From assembly GCF_964355755.1 (NCBI RefSeq), contig NC_092678.1, positions 23,143,365-23,207,364 on the forward strand: DNA of 64,000 nt. The letters run 5' to 3'. The position numbers were made by a program, and so were the translations under genes. Each line of letters opens with the position of its first letter. Position 1 is the stretch's first letter. This document shows, piece after piece, positions 48,301-63,300 of the stretch. The notes beneath the pieces were generated by a model. It worked only from the letters and a program-made list of their open reading frames with translations, ran no database searches and was not told the origin of the DNA. The stretch is from Antedon mediterranea (taxonomy: Eukaryota > Animalia > Echinodermata).

Positions 48301-51300
48301 ATCACATTTTTTTGTCAATTTAGTTAGCATTAATTTATAATAAAAACAAAACAATATAAACATATGAAGTTGTTTCCAGACATGTAAACTTATTCCTCAA
48401 GGTTTCTGAATAAAATTTAATAAACAATAATTTATTTTATCGCATGCAATACTTATGTAAAATTATTTATTTTTACAAGTTTTATTATCTGTGAAGAAAG
48501 GCATTTCTGCATAAATTAAAGACAATGATCTACAATGACTACCAAGAAAAGCTGTAACTATTTTTTTGTTTATTATTTTTTCTTTGAAAATGAAAATAAT
48601 TAGCATAATCGACCAATCTAAATCTCAATATAAAGCACAATTGTCACATTGATCTTATTGGGAATTGAATGCAGAGTTTTCTGTATTTTTATATTATTAA
48701 TTTCGACCAACACACAAACAAGACAAAATATAGCTAGATTGTGCCTAGGAGTATCATAGTGAAGTGTCTTAACAACTCGGGTAAATCTACAATATTTTTA
48801 TTGAAACTATAACTTTTCCCAAAAATGTCCCAAAAATCTAATTCAAGGGGGACAAGAAAAAAAAAACCAAATCTTACCAGCAAGCGCTGCCTTCTTCTCA
48901 TTTTCTAATTTATTGTCCATGTCTTTGAGTTCTTTCTCCTGATTGGCTATGTCGATTGTCATGGACGTTATGGTAGCGGCGGTGCCTCTAGCTTTGACAC
49001 CTAGCAAGCCGTTGGACAAGTTGTCCATCCAACCTTCACGGCGACCTTTACGTTGATCTTCTTTCAGACTCATCAGAAGTTCTTCATCCTGAAATGAATA
49101 ATTGAGGAATTTAATGTCAGGTTTTCTTCAAAATTATCAGTAAATTTGGAGAGAAAAGGAGGAAACAATTAAAAAAACAAGTTATGAATTATTCAGGAAA
49201 AAATCTCTGTTTTTAATTACAGTAACTTGTTTTAGTCAGTGGCAGTAATTATCGCTGTTGGTTCGAATTGAATAAAATAACAAATAAAATAATAGTTTTA
49301 TGTACATTTTTTATAATTTATTAATTTTTAGTCAGATTTAATAGGCACTTTGAGCGCTGAAGGCGCTATCATGTATTGAGCGCTGAGGGTGCTATCATGT
49401 GTTGAGCGCTGAGGGCGCTATCATGTGTTGAAAGAGAAAACCAATATACATACCAAAATAATCAACGAAATATAGTAAAGCCAAATTCACACTGAGCCTT
49501 AAGTATTGCACAATTTGTGATGACTTAAGGGACTGTTCACACTAACTCATTCTGGATATGTCATAATAAATTCAGGCCCATGTGAGAGTAGCTTAACAAC
49601 AATTTAAATACGTACAGCATTAACTGTAAGAATATTTTTGACTGAAGTGACTTCTGAAAGTTGCTTCTGTTGTAAATCAGCCAATAGGATTTCAGGAACT
49701 GTTTCGTCTAAGTTGGTTTCTTCTCCTTTCTTTGTGTTAAGTATATGCCGCCTTGTGTCTGTAAAAACAGTTTAAAAACAAAAGGTTATCACTAATAATA
49801 GTAATGATTAATATAACGCTTTTAACTTAAGTGACAAAGCTCTTCGCATCAAAATGAACTAATAAAGAACTAAAAAGCTACAGTTACATTAAAACTAAGA
49901 CTAACAATAACAAAATATTACACCAAAAAATTCTAAGACGACTAAGGATCAATTGTTTGATTATTACCACTCATTAGCATAATGAAAATAACTGTTAAAT
50001 TTTGATTATTTTTTGTGAATAAATACCGATTTAATATAACTTAATCATGTAGTTTTAGACAATTTTTTAATTTTACCTTCAACTTTTAATAAAACCGCTT
50101 CTTTTAGTATTCTATTTTGTCGTATTTGCCGTTCTGCTATATTAGCAAAATGGTCGCCTACACCGAATGGTGATAGTTGAAAATAATCCACGTTATCTAG
50201 TTCACATGATGCTTCTTCACGCCATACTTGGCGCTCTTCGCGTAAGTTGTCAACTTCGGCCGCAATTTCCTTTAAAAGAAATGACACCGATTAGAAAAAT
50301 TTCACTTAAACATGTCACTTAAAATTTCACTTTTAATGTTATTTAAAATGTTACTTTAATGTAACTTTTAATGTTATTTAAAATTTTATTTTAATGTTAC
50401 TTAAAATGTTACTGCAATGTCACTTAAATGTTATTTTAATGTAATTTAAAATGTCACTTAAAATGCCACTTTTAATGTCACTTAAAATGTTACTTTAATG
50501 TCACTTAAAATGCCACTTTGAATGTAATTTACAATGCCACTTTGAATGTAATTTACAATGTTACTGCAATGTCCCTTAAATGTTTCTTTTAATGTCACTT
50601 TTAATGTTACTGCAAAAGTCACGTAAATGTTCTCTTTATTTGCATATACTTTAACATCATTTTGTTTATTGAAGTGACAAAACCATTATTTTACTTCTAC
50701 TAATTATTCTTATTTTATAATGGCCAACAAAACTTTATTGTTGTTTTATAAACAGTGTCATACCTCGTTTGACATGTTCTTGACTCGTTCAGTGCCAACA
50801 TTGTCTCCATTAACTGCTTTCAAGAGTTCCATTAATGTGTCTCTTTCATTTACTTGCTTCTTTTCCATTTCATCAAGTACCTCCGTATGCAATGCAATGA
50901 GTCCTAGAAAAAGTTTCAAACAAACAAATACAAGATTAAAGATTACTATAAAATAAATTGAGATTTCTAAGCACACTCTATTTCAATGTATTTCTTTATA
51001 CATTTATTTAATAGGATGATTGGAATGGGAGAAAACACAAATTACCAAATAAAAAATACTAAATAAATATTTTTTGAAAACGCTTAAGTAGAAACCAATT
51101 TCTTTAAATTCTATCTCTCATAATATTTGCAATTCTCAAACTTATTTTTGTGGTACTGAATCTTTTAAAATCTCTTAAAAAATTTATTTTGTCTTATTGT
51201 TGTCTTTTGTTTCAATAAAGGAAGATAATGAACTAAAATAACAGGCCATCTTTAAATGATATTAAACCCCACAAAAAATGTACATTAGTGTTACTGTAAT

Positions 51301-54300
51301 GAAAATATTTCCCCTCAAATTGGTGATTCTGGTATAAATGGGAATCTGTATTAAGTTCTTGGATCTATCTTTAATTATTTAATTTAATTAATTAATTAAT
51401 AATCTCCTTATTGAATATCATAAGATGAGACTTACTATCTTTAAGAGACATTTTTTTCCTTGCATCAGACTTAGCATTTTGTTCCTCTTCTTGTTTTAAC
51501 TTCATTTCTAGCTCAGCCTTGCTATATCCAGTGTATCTTTTTCTTCGCTTAGCTCTTAATCTTTCTCGTGCTAATTTCTTTTGTTTTTCTCGATCTCGTA
51601 GAAAACTGAAAAAAGAGAAAGAACAATATTTAATTTCCATTTAAACGTTAAAAAACATAGTATAGGACATATATATATAGGACATATATATAGGAAAACA
51701 CACAAACTCTATAAATAAAAGAAGTTGTGTTTAGATGTTTATAAGGACAGAAGAACCCCATTGAAACCGTTGATGGAAACATAAATAGAGATAGTTCAAT
51801 TTGTAACAAATGTTTTAGGAGATAAATATGTATGCATAGTGAAGCGTTTCTTGTCGTCTGCATCTAGAATCTGCCAAAACAGTGTAAAGGAAATCAAGTA
51901 AAGAATCATGTCCCAATGTCTCTGAATGCGCACAATAAATTAACACAACGTAATTAGTTCCTAGGTCGTCGGCAATCTCTATTACCTTTCTTCAAATTCC
52001 GCTTTACCATCCCTTCCTAATTTTACAAAACTCCTTGTCGAAAAAGTAGAACTTGAAGAAATATTTGAAATGTTTGAAAAACTAGACATAGCCCTAGAGT
52101 CGGCAGACAACAAGGACAAAGAGGAACCATTTTCATCAACTGGGTCTTTTTTGGTTGAATACTGGAACCTCTGCCACGGTAATTTCTCCCAGCCGTCTTC
52201 CTTATTTCCAGACATACAAAACATCATACTGTTTACACAATATCAATTCCGGAGGACAATGTTAATTCCGTTTTTAAACAGCTCTCTTTTAACGCCTTTT
52301 CAAGCAGAATAGCACCCAATAACAAGAGAGTAATAACTACTTCATTTTAACAGCAAATTGAGTATCAAATTATTAGTTATAATTACTAATAACTAATAAA
52401 TGTTTCTACTTAGTTGTTATTAAGTCTTCATTAAGCTAACAGAAGTTAGCATTTGTTGTGAATCAATATTTTCTTTACAAGAGTCAGGTATTGTAATGAT
52501 CAATAATAACTTCATAATTTCCATCTAGGATCAATACAAGTGATCAGAAATCAATGAGGCGTGTATGTTACTATGGCAATCGAGAAATAAAAAATATTAC
52601 CTAATAAATGTTCAATATATATACCTTTATGCGGTAATATAAAATTTCAAAGGAAGTTTAATTATAATTATCATCATATTACTTTTCCTTTTAAGTAGAT
52701 TCCACTTACTACAATATATAAAAAAATATACATATTTTATACAATAACCCCAAGAAATAAAACCAAAATCAGGGGAGTGGAAAATAGATAAATATATGTT
52801 TATTAAACAAAATCATACAAAGTAAATTGAACCAAAGTTTGATTTTTTTAAATATATTAAAAGTAAAACATAAACGACATCATAGTATAATGATGATAAT
52901 TTCAACAGATTGGTGAAATTTTTACTATATTATTTATTATCTGTAATTATAGATGTGTTATTGATTATTGCGTTACCATGATAATATTAAACTACACCTT
53001 TAATGATGCTTGATGCAATTCCAGAGACTAAATCAATATCTAAAATGTCTTTTTTATTTTATAGCATCTGGGATCATGAGGCTAGATTTGAACCCGGCAC
53101 CAAGTGGCAGGCAAAACAACCATCAAGCTACAGTATGAGACTAGCCATGTTGAATAAAGAAAGATAAAAGGGTGGAGTATATGGAATGTGGGGCAATCTA
53201 ATCGCATAACATCAATTGTGCATAACAATATTGATTTCGTAAATGAAGGTATCATCACATAAAAAAAATACTTGTATGCGTCATTACTTTCTGTAAATCG
53301 TTAAATAAGTCAATAATTAAAAGGAAGCGACAGACTACAATTTCAATCTATATTACATAATTATTCTATATACTGATATCTCCACATATGACATTGCATG
53401 ACCAGCATCATAGGCAAATTCCTTAATACAGTATCACATATGTATCACAGGGTTAAAAGGTATGGCCTGTGATTCAAGCATCACATGTGATACTTATGTG
53501 ACACCGTATCATAGAATTTGCCTATGACACTAGACAAATTATAGACATGTAAACAGTATACATTCTCTTCTCAGCCATGAGGCAAATCAATTTAGTGAGG
53601 GAGAGATATTTAATGCATCAGTGTTATTGTTGTGTTTATTGCTCAGCTTGTATTTTATGTACAGTCAACTTTAATTTCAAGAAATATTTTTATTATTAAT
53701 AAATTATACTATACTAGCCGTTGCCCATCCAATGGACGAGCGAGCTTTTAAGTGATTTTGAGGTTTGAGGTACCAAACGTAGTACATTAGCATGAAATTG
53801 ATGTATAATGAATAGAACAGAGGTGTATAATATAGATTATAATATATATAAAGTTAATAGGCCTACCGTATTCTTATAGGAAGACAGAATGTCTGCATTC
53901 TCACTCCTGAGGACGATCATTGATCGAAACACTCAATCTAAATACTAAATATATACATGGTCTTACCGTATACTTTATATCAAAGAAAGGCGGAAAGTTG
54001 GTTTTGTCACAATTACAAATATTTAACTTGTAAATTAAATATTGTCTTTTGTATAGACATGATTTTGTATGTATGTTGGATGTATATCAAATGAAATATA
54101 CCATAAAAATAATCAATATTTGAGTATCTATGTTATTTTTTAAAAATTCTTCTGTAAACAAGAATTATAATTTAAAATGCAGTGAACTTAAATAATACAG
54201 AATTTTAGTACACTGTAAAAATGTTTTAAACCATGCAGTCACAACTGAACAAAAAAATGATAATTTAAGCAAACAATCCCCTTCCGGGTGACTACTTTTT

Positions 54301-57300
54301 GCTTATATTATTTTTTTTTCGGGTAAATACATTTTTTTTTAATCCAATTTTTGGTCAAAGTGATTTACTATTATGTGACATTAAAATGGCATATCACAAT
54401 AAAAAATATTTAAAAAGTAATTTTTCCAGGTGGAAAATTATCTTTAAATAAGCATTTATCATCTTGTTAATATTATTTATTTATTTTTAATATTATTATA
54501 ATTATATGTCAGTCACTGACGCAATTCAATTTAGTGAGGGATAGATATTTAATGAGTATCAATGTTATTGTTATGTTTATTGCTCAGCTTGTCTTCTGAT
54601 GTTTGTTTTTTTGTTTCAAACATTTTGTATGTACAGTCAACTTGAATTTAAAGCAATATTTGTTCTAATAGTATATATTGTGTATTGTAACCAGGGGCCC
54701 CAAGGTCAAGCAGTCTTATAAAATACTGTACAATACATGAATTAGTAAATGTATATTTTATGTTTGATCTAATAGCTAATATCGCTTTTTACAGAAACTA
54801 TAATAATGCAATATATGAATAGCATATTTCTCAATGTCATTTGTCTCATTACGTTTTTGTTTCTAAAAGTGCAAAACGATTAGAGCATAAATAACGAAAA
54901 AATTGATATTAGACAAACTCTATTTGCAGTTCTTTTCCTTTACATTTAGTTAATGAGCAAATATACTGAATTATTATCATAATTACAATATTTTCAATGG
55001 AAATATAACTTGCTATCTCATATCTCCTCCACTTCTTCCTGAATATAATATTTGTAGCCAATCAAATTGTCGTAACCGTTAACCTTGTCACATTACCTTT
55101 CATATTAAAAATTATTAAAAAATACTAAATTAAATTTGCAAAAAAAAAAAAATGAGTCAATAAAAAAATTTGGATGCATAATGAAATTATATTTGCTCAC
55201 AAAATTATCATAACTAAACAACCAGCCAGACAAATATATTCATGGTTCATGGAATATAGATGTCATGATTATTTTTAATCAGGGAAATTTCAAGGTTAAT
55301 AATATTTTAAAAACTTACCATTCTTCTTTATTTTTCTCGTGAAGCTGTCCAAGGCTAAATATGAGGGCGGCAGACGTGAAGTTGTCTTCATCACGCATTA
55401 GACGCTGATCTCGTCTTAACATTGAGAGCGCTAGTTGGCGCTCTTTTTCATCTTCCAGTTCATCTTGCTTCTTTTTTAATAAGGCTAAAAGAGCTTCTTT
55501 TTCATCTTCAAAATGTTGGTTGAGGTATTGTAAAACATTCTGTCAAAACAGGGATTTAAAAAAAAATGTCACACGGCTAAATTTAGCACAAGTCTGGTAA
55601 TTAATGTTGGCCTAGCTAATCTATCATTACTTGTATCTTACAGGGCCTCTTTTACTTCAACAGGCCTTTACTGCGTCACTAATTTAATGGCCTAGTAAAC
55701 TCACCCTCCGTTTCCTGCTCTGCTCCACTTCCTCTTCTGCCAGTACTATTTGCTCAAGTTCTTCCTTATCAACAGCTTCGCTTGCTTCTTCCCTCTCCTC
55801 TCTTAACTGCCGTAGTCTCTCTAATCTCTTGTGCATAATAGCCTTATGTTCAGCTCTGGTGTACCCAAGTAACAGGGCCAATTCTAAAAAAAACACCAAA
55901 ATAACTTCTTAATTCTACTACAATAGAGATTACTATTCTGATTTCTATGATCTGTACAACTTTTTAAAATCTCAAGCTTAAGTGCCAAGTCTGATGTGCC
56001 CAAATATGGTAGTGATATGCCCAAATATGGTAGTAATATGAACGACACCATCATGTCCATATTCATTCATCATGTCACATTTTTTTGTCACATATAGTTT
56101 GATAGTGTAGACAGAGCTTTAGATTCATTGTGTCAACTAGGTGGCATTATAACATGTTAAGATACTGCAGATAATCTCTTAGGCTAAGACACACAGACTT
56201 CCAGTAAAAGTTAGTGTACTGCTAAGTGTGCCTACCGACCTGATTGGTTTTTGATGTCATCTCCCAACAGTGCTAAAGCTTGGTCATATTTTCCTTGCTT
56301 ACACAAGATCCTCTGTTGTAGCTTCATTTTAGTTACTTTAGCTTGACGTTCCTTCTCTGACAGCTTAGCCCATTCCGCTTCACCCATTTGCTTCATCAAA
56401 GCCTAGAAGAAAAGAAGATTAACCACCCTTAAAAGTAAATGGAACAACCCAATGCAAGATATTGAATGAATATTACAAACAATACAGACTATAAAAGCTA
56501 CAGTAAAAGAATAGAAGAGGAGATATATATACAAATATCTGAACACCCCTAAAATTAAATGGAATAACCCAATTGAACTTTTCCTCCCATCAATATAATT
56601 TAATTTTAGTCTACTCTACGAAGATAAAATTCTGCAAGAACTCTTTCATACTTACATCCATAATGAGTTTGTCTCTGAGGGCATCATACTTATTCTCAAC
56701 AGCCTTGACAACCTCCAGCTCTGAGATGACCTCTAGTGGTGCTTTGACCTCCAGCAAGGTCATCGCTACGTTGTCATTCCAGGAGTTTGATCTTGCTTCA
56801 TACTGCAACATCTTAAGCTGCTTCAAGACGGGGAGAGACTATGGAAAAGATTTTTAAGATATAGATAAATGTGTGTATGACAAAGTTGTGGCTTGATGGT
56901 TATGATGCTTGGCTTCCAATCAAAGGGTCCTGGGTTCAAGTTCTGTCATGTCAGGATTTTTTCTAATGACAAATTATAACTCCACTCACAAAGACTTGTA
57001 ATAAGACTTTGTTTATATAGAGCATCTTGTGTATTTGTTTGTCTTGTAAACGGGATTGCCACCTTTAAGAAGGATAGTGAATACATTTTCTTATGGTTAT
57101 CTAGCAAATTGAAGGTCACCAGAAAACAGAAGATTTATTTCACCTTTGTTTTTAAATCTTCCATCAGATACTCCGCCTCTTCATCCTGATTTTGCTGAAG
57201 ATCTGCGAGTAAAACAACTTCAGCATCATTGTCTGTTGCATCAGGATTGGTAGCTTGTAACTCTACTAACTCTATTTCCATACTGTATGGAACTGCTTTC

Positions 57301-60300
57301 TAATAAACAAAAAACAAAAATATTTATATAATCATTATTTTAAATAAACTGTATTTCTTTAATAAAATATTTGGTCTGGCTAAAGTTGAGTGTAAAAGAG
57401 AAGGTAACATACCTTGAATATGCCAACCTGTTCTTCCTCATTTTCTTTCTCTGGTCCATCATCTCTCCACTGCCGTCTTTGTTCTTTAAAATCCAACATC
57501 TTCTTCTGTCTTTGTTCTTCTGTCATTGCTTTGACGGTCTTCCGTACCTTGGTATCTTTGTCTTGAAGAAGCTAATAAATACAGTGGAAATTATATAAGT
57601 AGCCTAGACCACTGAATAAGTAACCTTTATATATCTTAAAGACCTCCTATTGCTTAAGACTAAAGCGCAGTCTACACTATCAAACTTTATGTGATGTGTC
57701 CATATATGGACATGATGATGTCATATCACCACCATATTTGGGCATATCCCCACCATATTTGGGCATATCACTACCATATTTGGGCACATCACACCTTTTT
57801 TGATAGTGTAGACAGAGCTTTACGTTCAACTACCTTTTGAATTTTAAGTAAGTAAACCACATTATAAACAAATATTTAAAGACAAACGTACCTTGATTAA
57901 AACATCTCTCTCTGTGCCATGTTTAATCTCCATCTCTTTGATAACTGCATCTTCCATGGCAACTCTGCCATCTGCATCATCTGGCATTGGTACTGGACCT
58001 TTATCTTCCACTTTCTCTTTAAGCATTTTCTTCCTCTTCTCAAGACGATCTTTCGCAAGTTGTAGCTGTCTTTTACGCTCTTGTTCTTTCATTTTGTCTC
58101 TGTTGGTAAACATTTATCAAATATCATATTTATCAAGCATCTCTTGAATTTTGAGCATCCACTCTAATAAGCTTACAGTAGTTAGATGATTATTTATTAT
58201 ATTTAAAACAACATCGCATTTTCTTTTTTACAAAGTGTTATTTTGCCAAAAGAATTCCCATTAAAAATAAAAATCAATTAGATAACATACGCATCTTCGG
58301 CCTGAGCAGTAAGCCCCATGACTAAGGCAGCAGCTTCAAACTGATCTTCTCTGCGCGCCATTCTCTGTTGTCGCTTCAGCTTGGCTAGCTCAACCTGACG
58401 CATCCTCTCGTTGGCTAGTCTTTCGTCGCCTTCCCTCATCCTCTTTAGGAGTGCTTCACGTTCCTACACAATTAAAAATAATTAATCTTAGAATTGAATC
58501 CTCCAACAATCTTGTCTTCTCGTATAAGACTATAAACCAGTATACACAAAATGCTTGTGTGCACTTTAAACCCTAGTACATCTTTCGAGACAAGTTGGGG
58601 GTTACCCCGGTGTACTAATTCACACAGACACTACTTAAAGAAGGCCATCTAGTACGCCTCCTAGTTGCAACATCTTCAACTTTTGAAGGCGGCAACTTAA
58701 TAGATGAAAAAGAAGAAGAAAAAGAGGACAATAATAAACTAACTAACTAGCTTGTTGGAAAATATAAATATAAAATCTGGCAACACCAGATGGTCGCCTA
58801 CATCATCCAATCTGTTGTCCAACTCCTCTAGAATATTTCTTGGCTTTTTCTTTTTCAGTTCTTCCTCTTCTTCTAAAATCTCTTTCTTTTCTAGTTTATC
58901 TGCTTCTTCTGTGCTCATACCTGTTACAAATAAATCAATCAATTTTTAACCAAATATCGAATTAAATGAAAAGTCAAACCAGATAAAAACATTAGTTCCT
59001 TCTAATATATATATTTGAATACATGAATGCAATATACAACTCCCCTCAGGATGGGAAACTCATACTTTCTAAGCTAATTCTATTATGAGAATAACTATAT
59101 TAGCTATCAGAAAAATCTTGGAACTTTAACAGGATTTGAACCAAATACCCTGGGATTGGTAAGCAAGCATGTCAAGCCACATAATTCTTACCTTCAGAAA
59201 TGCGCTGTTTACGCATCTCAAGTCGCTTTCTCATCTTTTCTTCTTGCGCCTTTTTTGTATCTCCCATCAACAGTTCCAAGGCCTGTTGTGATTTGATAGC
59301 GTCCCCTAGCAATGCCGCTGCCTCGTCGTACTTCCCTTCTTGCCGGAGACGCTTTTCCTGAAGCTTAAGTTTCACCAGCTTAGCCTGACGCTCTTTTTCG
59401 GATAAATTAGCCCACTCTGCCTCGCCTACTTGCTGCATTAGGGCTTCAGCGAGTATCTTATCTTTAAGAGCATCATACTTTCCCTCCAAAGCCTCAACAA
59501 TTTCAGTGTCACCTGTTGTCTTTGCTTTATCGATCCTTGTTAGCGTGATGGCAACGTTCTCAACTTTTTGTTGCTTGATTTCGGTCAGGTGTTTTTCTTG
59601 AAGTTCAACAAGATTATCCAACTCCTAAACACATGTCAAAGTTACAAATGTTAAAAACATTAATATTTTAAATAATAATAGAAATAATCTATTTAAAGGG
59701 AAAGAAAAACAGAGACAAGACTTTTGTTTGAATAACAATGGTCCACTGGCCAATAGCCAGTTAAATGCATGGCGGACCAGTTAAATAGTATAATAAAATG
59801 GCCAGTTAACATTTCAATAAAATCTGACGAAATATCAATAATTTTATTCAATTCATCTCTTCACGATATTTCACACCTGGACTAATTTTATTTTTATTTT
59901 TATTTAATTTATTTCAACCAAATTTAATGAGGGTGATCCATCCAGCAGTTGCTGATCATTTGGGATACAATACACAAAATACAACAAGAACAGAAAAGTT
60001 AAAGAAAAACAAAAACCAAAAAAAATACAAAAATTACATGAGAATAAAAATTTGAATAAGAAAATTTGGAAATATAGAAAATAATTAAATTCATAGAAAA
60101 TAACTAAATTAAACAAGGTAGATGTAAACAAGGTCGATATTTTATATATTTTTCTTACCTTATTTGGTAATGATTCCAGAACAGTTTCACTCTCTTTGTC
60201 CTGTTCTTGCTGCAAGTCAGCCATGATTGTTACAATTGCTTCATCATCACTGACCTCTGACCCCTTTTCTTTCGACAAAACATGCTTTCTAGAAGCTAAT

Positions 60301-63300
60301 TTCAAAAGCGCTGCCTCTTCAAGAATTTGCCTGTGTTCTTCAGATGCTACATCAAAAAGTACAGAAAATGAACAAATCTTTTCAGAACATACAAGATATT
60401 TTGGAGCAAAGTTCTATTTAAAGTTCTTTAAATATTAGTTAATTCTTATGGGATACAAGTTTAAAATAGCCAAAACTTGTGTTCTACAATGAAGGAACAA
60501 ATGACTCACATGTATCCATCCCTCGTCTTTTTCCAATCAGTTCTTGGAGTCTTTCTTCCCTCTCTTCTTCCCTCAATGTCGACGCAATTGTTATTTCTTC
60601 CTCTGTGTATTCTTTCTGAAGCAGTATCAACATCTGCTCCTGTTCACGTTCATGCTTCTTTTCCAGAATCTGCATCACGGAATCCTATAATAACAAATAT
60701 TACCTTTAATGATGCAATAGTTGACAAATAATGAATTTTGCCATGCAATGGTATAAATAATGCACTAGTGAGTTCTATTTAAAGCAGTATCAACATCTGC
60801 TCCTGTTCATGCTTTTCTAGAATCTGCATCACAGAATCCTAAGACAATAATGAATTTTTGTTTAGTACACAAATAATGAATGTTTACGAGTGCAATGGTT
60901 ACAATAATTAATATTTATAAGTGCAATGGTACAAATAATGCACTAGTGAGTATAAGCTACGAAATATGGTAGAAGACAATTATTTAAAATAGTCTCACCT
61001 GCATAGCAGCTCTATCTCCATTATTCAGTATGGTGATTTCCTTTTCAGCTTTTGATTGACCTATTTGGCGTCTTTTCTTCAGAGCTGCAATTCGTTCCTT
61101 GGCAAGCATCTCTTGTCTAGCTCTGTCGTTCTTAAATCTATGAATAAATTAGCAATAGACAAATAAATGTTAAAACATGTATTCTCAATATAGAAGTGGC
61201 TGTATTCACTATTCACACTTTAGAGAAAGAAAAGAAAAATACTTGCTCTGAACAAAATTTTTTTTAAACTAAGTGAATACCAGGGGCTTCTTTAAGCTTA
61301 AGTGAATTAGTATTTACTATTTAAGGAAATCTCTCACTTAAGTGTGATTGGTGAATACAGCTATTGGCATAAAGAATTTACTTAGACATTGCATTCTTAG
61401 TAAAAACTGAACCATAAGTTACCTCTCAGCATGAGCCTTCTGATGACGTTCTGCCAACCCCAGCACAAGAGCAGCAGACTCAAAATTCTCCTCCATTTTG
61501 GCTCTACGTTGTTCTCTCTTAAGCCGTGCGAGTTCTGCTTGTCGTTCTTTCTCGCTCAAAAATTGATTGTCCATACCGCGGAGTCTAGCCATCAGCGCAT
61601 CACGCTCATCGTCGTAGCGTTTTTGGAGATCAAGAAGTGGGACTGAACTCTCGTCATCTTCATCCTCTGATAGGCCATCATCATCTTCATCAGGATCTAG
61701 GCCTTAAATATAGGAGAAAAAAAAACACTGTTCTTAGCTACCACTATTTTTATTCAATTCACAGAAGTTAATCTCACACTCCTAATATTTCATATTTGTC
61801 TATTTCAGTAAAAGGAACTTTATATGTAGGGGCGATGTAGGCCTTGACTTTGTATCAAGAACTGTAATGATTTAGTACCTTGTTCAACCCTCTTTCTTCT
61901 AGCCTCTAGTCTCCTTTTAAGCTTATCTTCCTGCTTAGCTCTGTTCTCTCCCATCAAGGCTTTCAGGTTGGTCTCTGTCATAAGGTTATCTCCTAACAAC
62001 GCCTGCAACTCATCTAACTTCCCTATAGAGAAATCAAAATCCTTATCAATTATCATTCTCATAAAAACAAAATAAAATAACAATTCGTCATAGTATTAAG
62101 ATAGATATGTAGTGGAGTTGTAGCTTAGTGGTTAACATGCTTCCTTCCAATCCCAAGGTCAAGGGTTCAATCCTGACCTAGTCCCAGGTTGTAACTCATG
62201 CCTCTTTCAACTACACTCCATAAACTTCAAATGAGACTTAGTTTATAAGCATGATAAACGATAAAATAGTTTATCAATCAATATAGAAATAAAAATATAA
62301 ATACTACCTTCTTTTCTAAGTCTTCTTTCTTCCAGTTTCAACTTCATCAATCGTTTTTGTCTTTCTTGTTCACTCAGCTTTGCCCATTCACCCTCTCCGG
62401 CTTGTTTCTTCAAGCTCTCCAACAACAGCTTGTCTCTCAGTGTATCATATTTTTTATCTAAGGCCTGATAAATAAAACAAAAATAAACAACTTTGATGAT
62501 TTAACAGTTGGGAATAATACTTCCATTATTGTAGTCCTATGCCAAATGACAAAAAAAATTTGTTTTGTTTATATATTTAGGAAAATTTCCAAGGATAACC
62601 ATAAGCAAATTTATTTACTATCCTTCGTAACAGCGGCAGTTCACAAGACAAACAAATATACAAGATTCTCATTACAATTCTTTGGAGTTCTGATATGGCA
62701 GGACTTGAACCCAGGATTGGTAGCCAAGCATCATAACCACCAAGCCACTAATTTACTGTCATACCTTTAGAAGTTCATCTTCATCGCCAATTCCTTCATA
62801 TTCAGTAAATACCGCAAGAATGTTATGCCCAACATGGTGTTTCCTTTTCGTTATCTCTTCATATCGAAGACGAGACATCTCTTCTTCATTCTAAAACGAA
62901 AAATTATTAGATTGATTACGCCAACTCAGACAGCCTGACGAGTCAAGACATTTAGTTTGAGTTGAATCTTGAGAAGAAGAAGCATCGTACTGTAGAGATC
63001 GTAACGTAGTTTTTAGGTCATCGCAAGAACTTTAAACATTCAGTTTAATTTTCTCTCGAAGACTCACCGGGAGTTTATTGTACGATGCTGTCTGAGTTGG
63101 CCTTTATACATTTATTTGGTAAAGAAAAAAAATGTGTTAATAGAGTACATAAAATTGTGTTTCATTTTTTCAAATTTGTCTACATACCATGTTTTCAAGA
63201 CGTTGGATAATCTTCTCACTTTCTCTATCTTGCCTCTCTTGAAGATCGGCTAAGAGCGTAGTTACGACATAGTCAAGGGTAACTTCCTCTTCTTGTTTTT

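Noticed and set aside
57088-57105. miR-9-like sequence (TGGTTATCTAGC)
   Set aside because: Only a 12-nt match, no precursor hairpin, and it overlaps sequence shared with another SINE copy.
62110-62190. Functional tRNA gene
   Set aside because: A/B boxes are present but the acceptor stem does not pair and related degenerate copies are scattered nearby; treated as SINE-derived.
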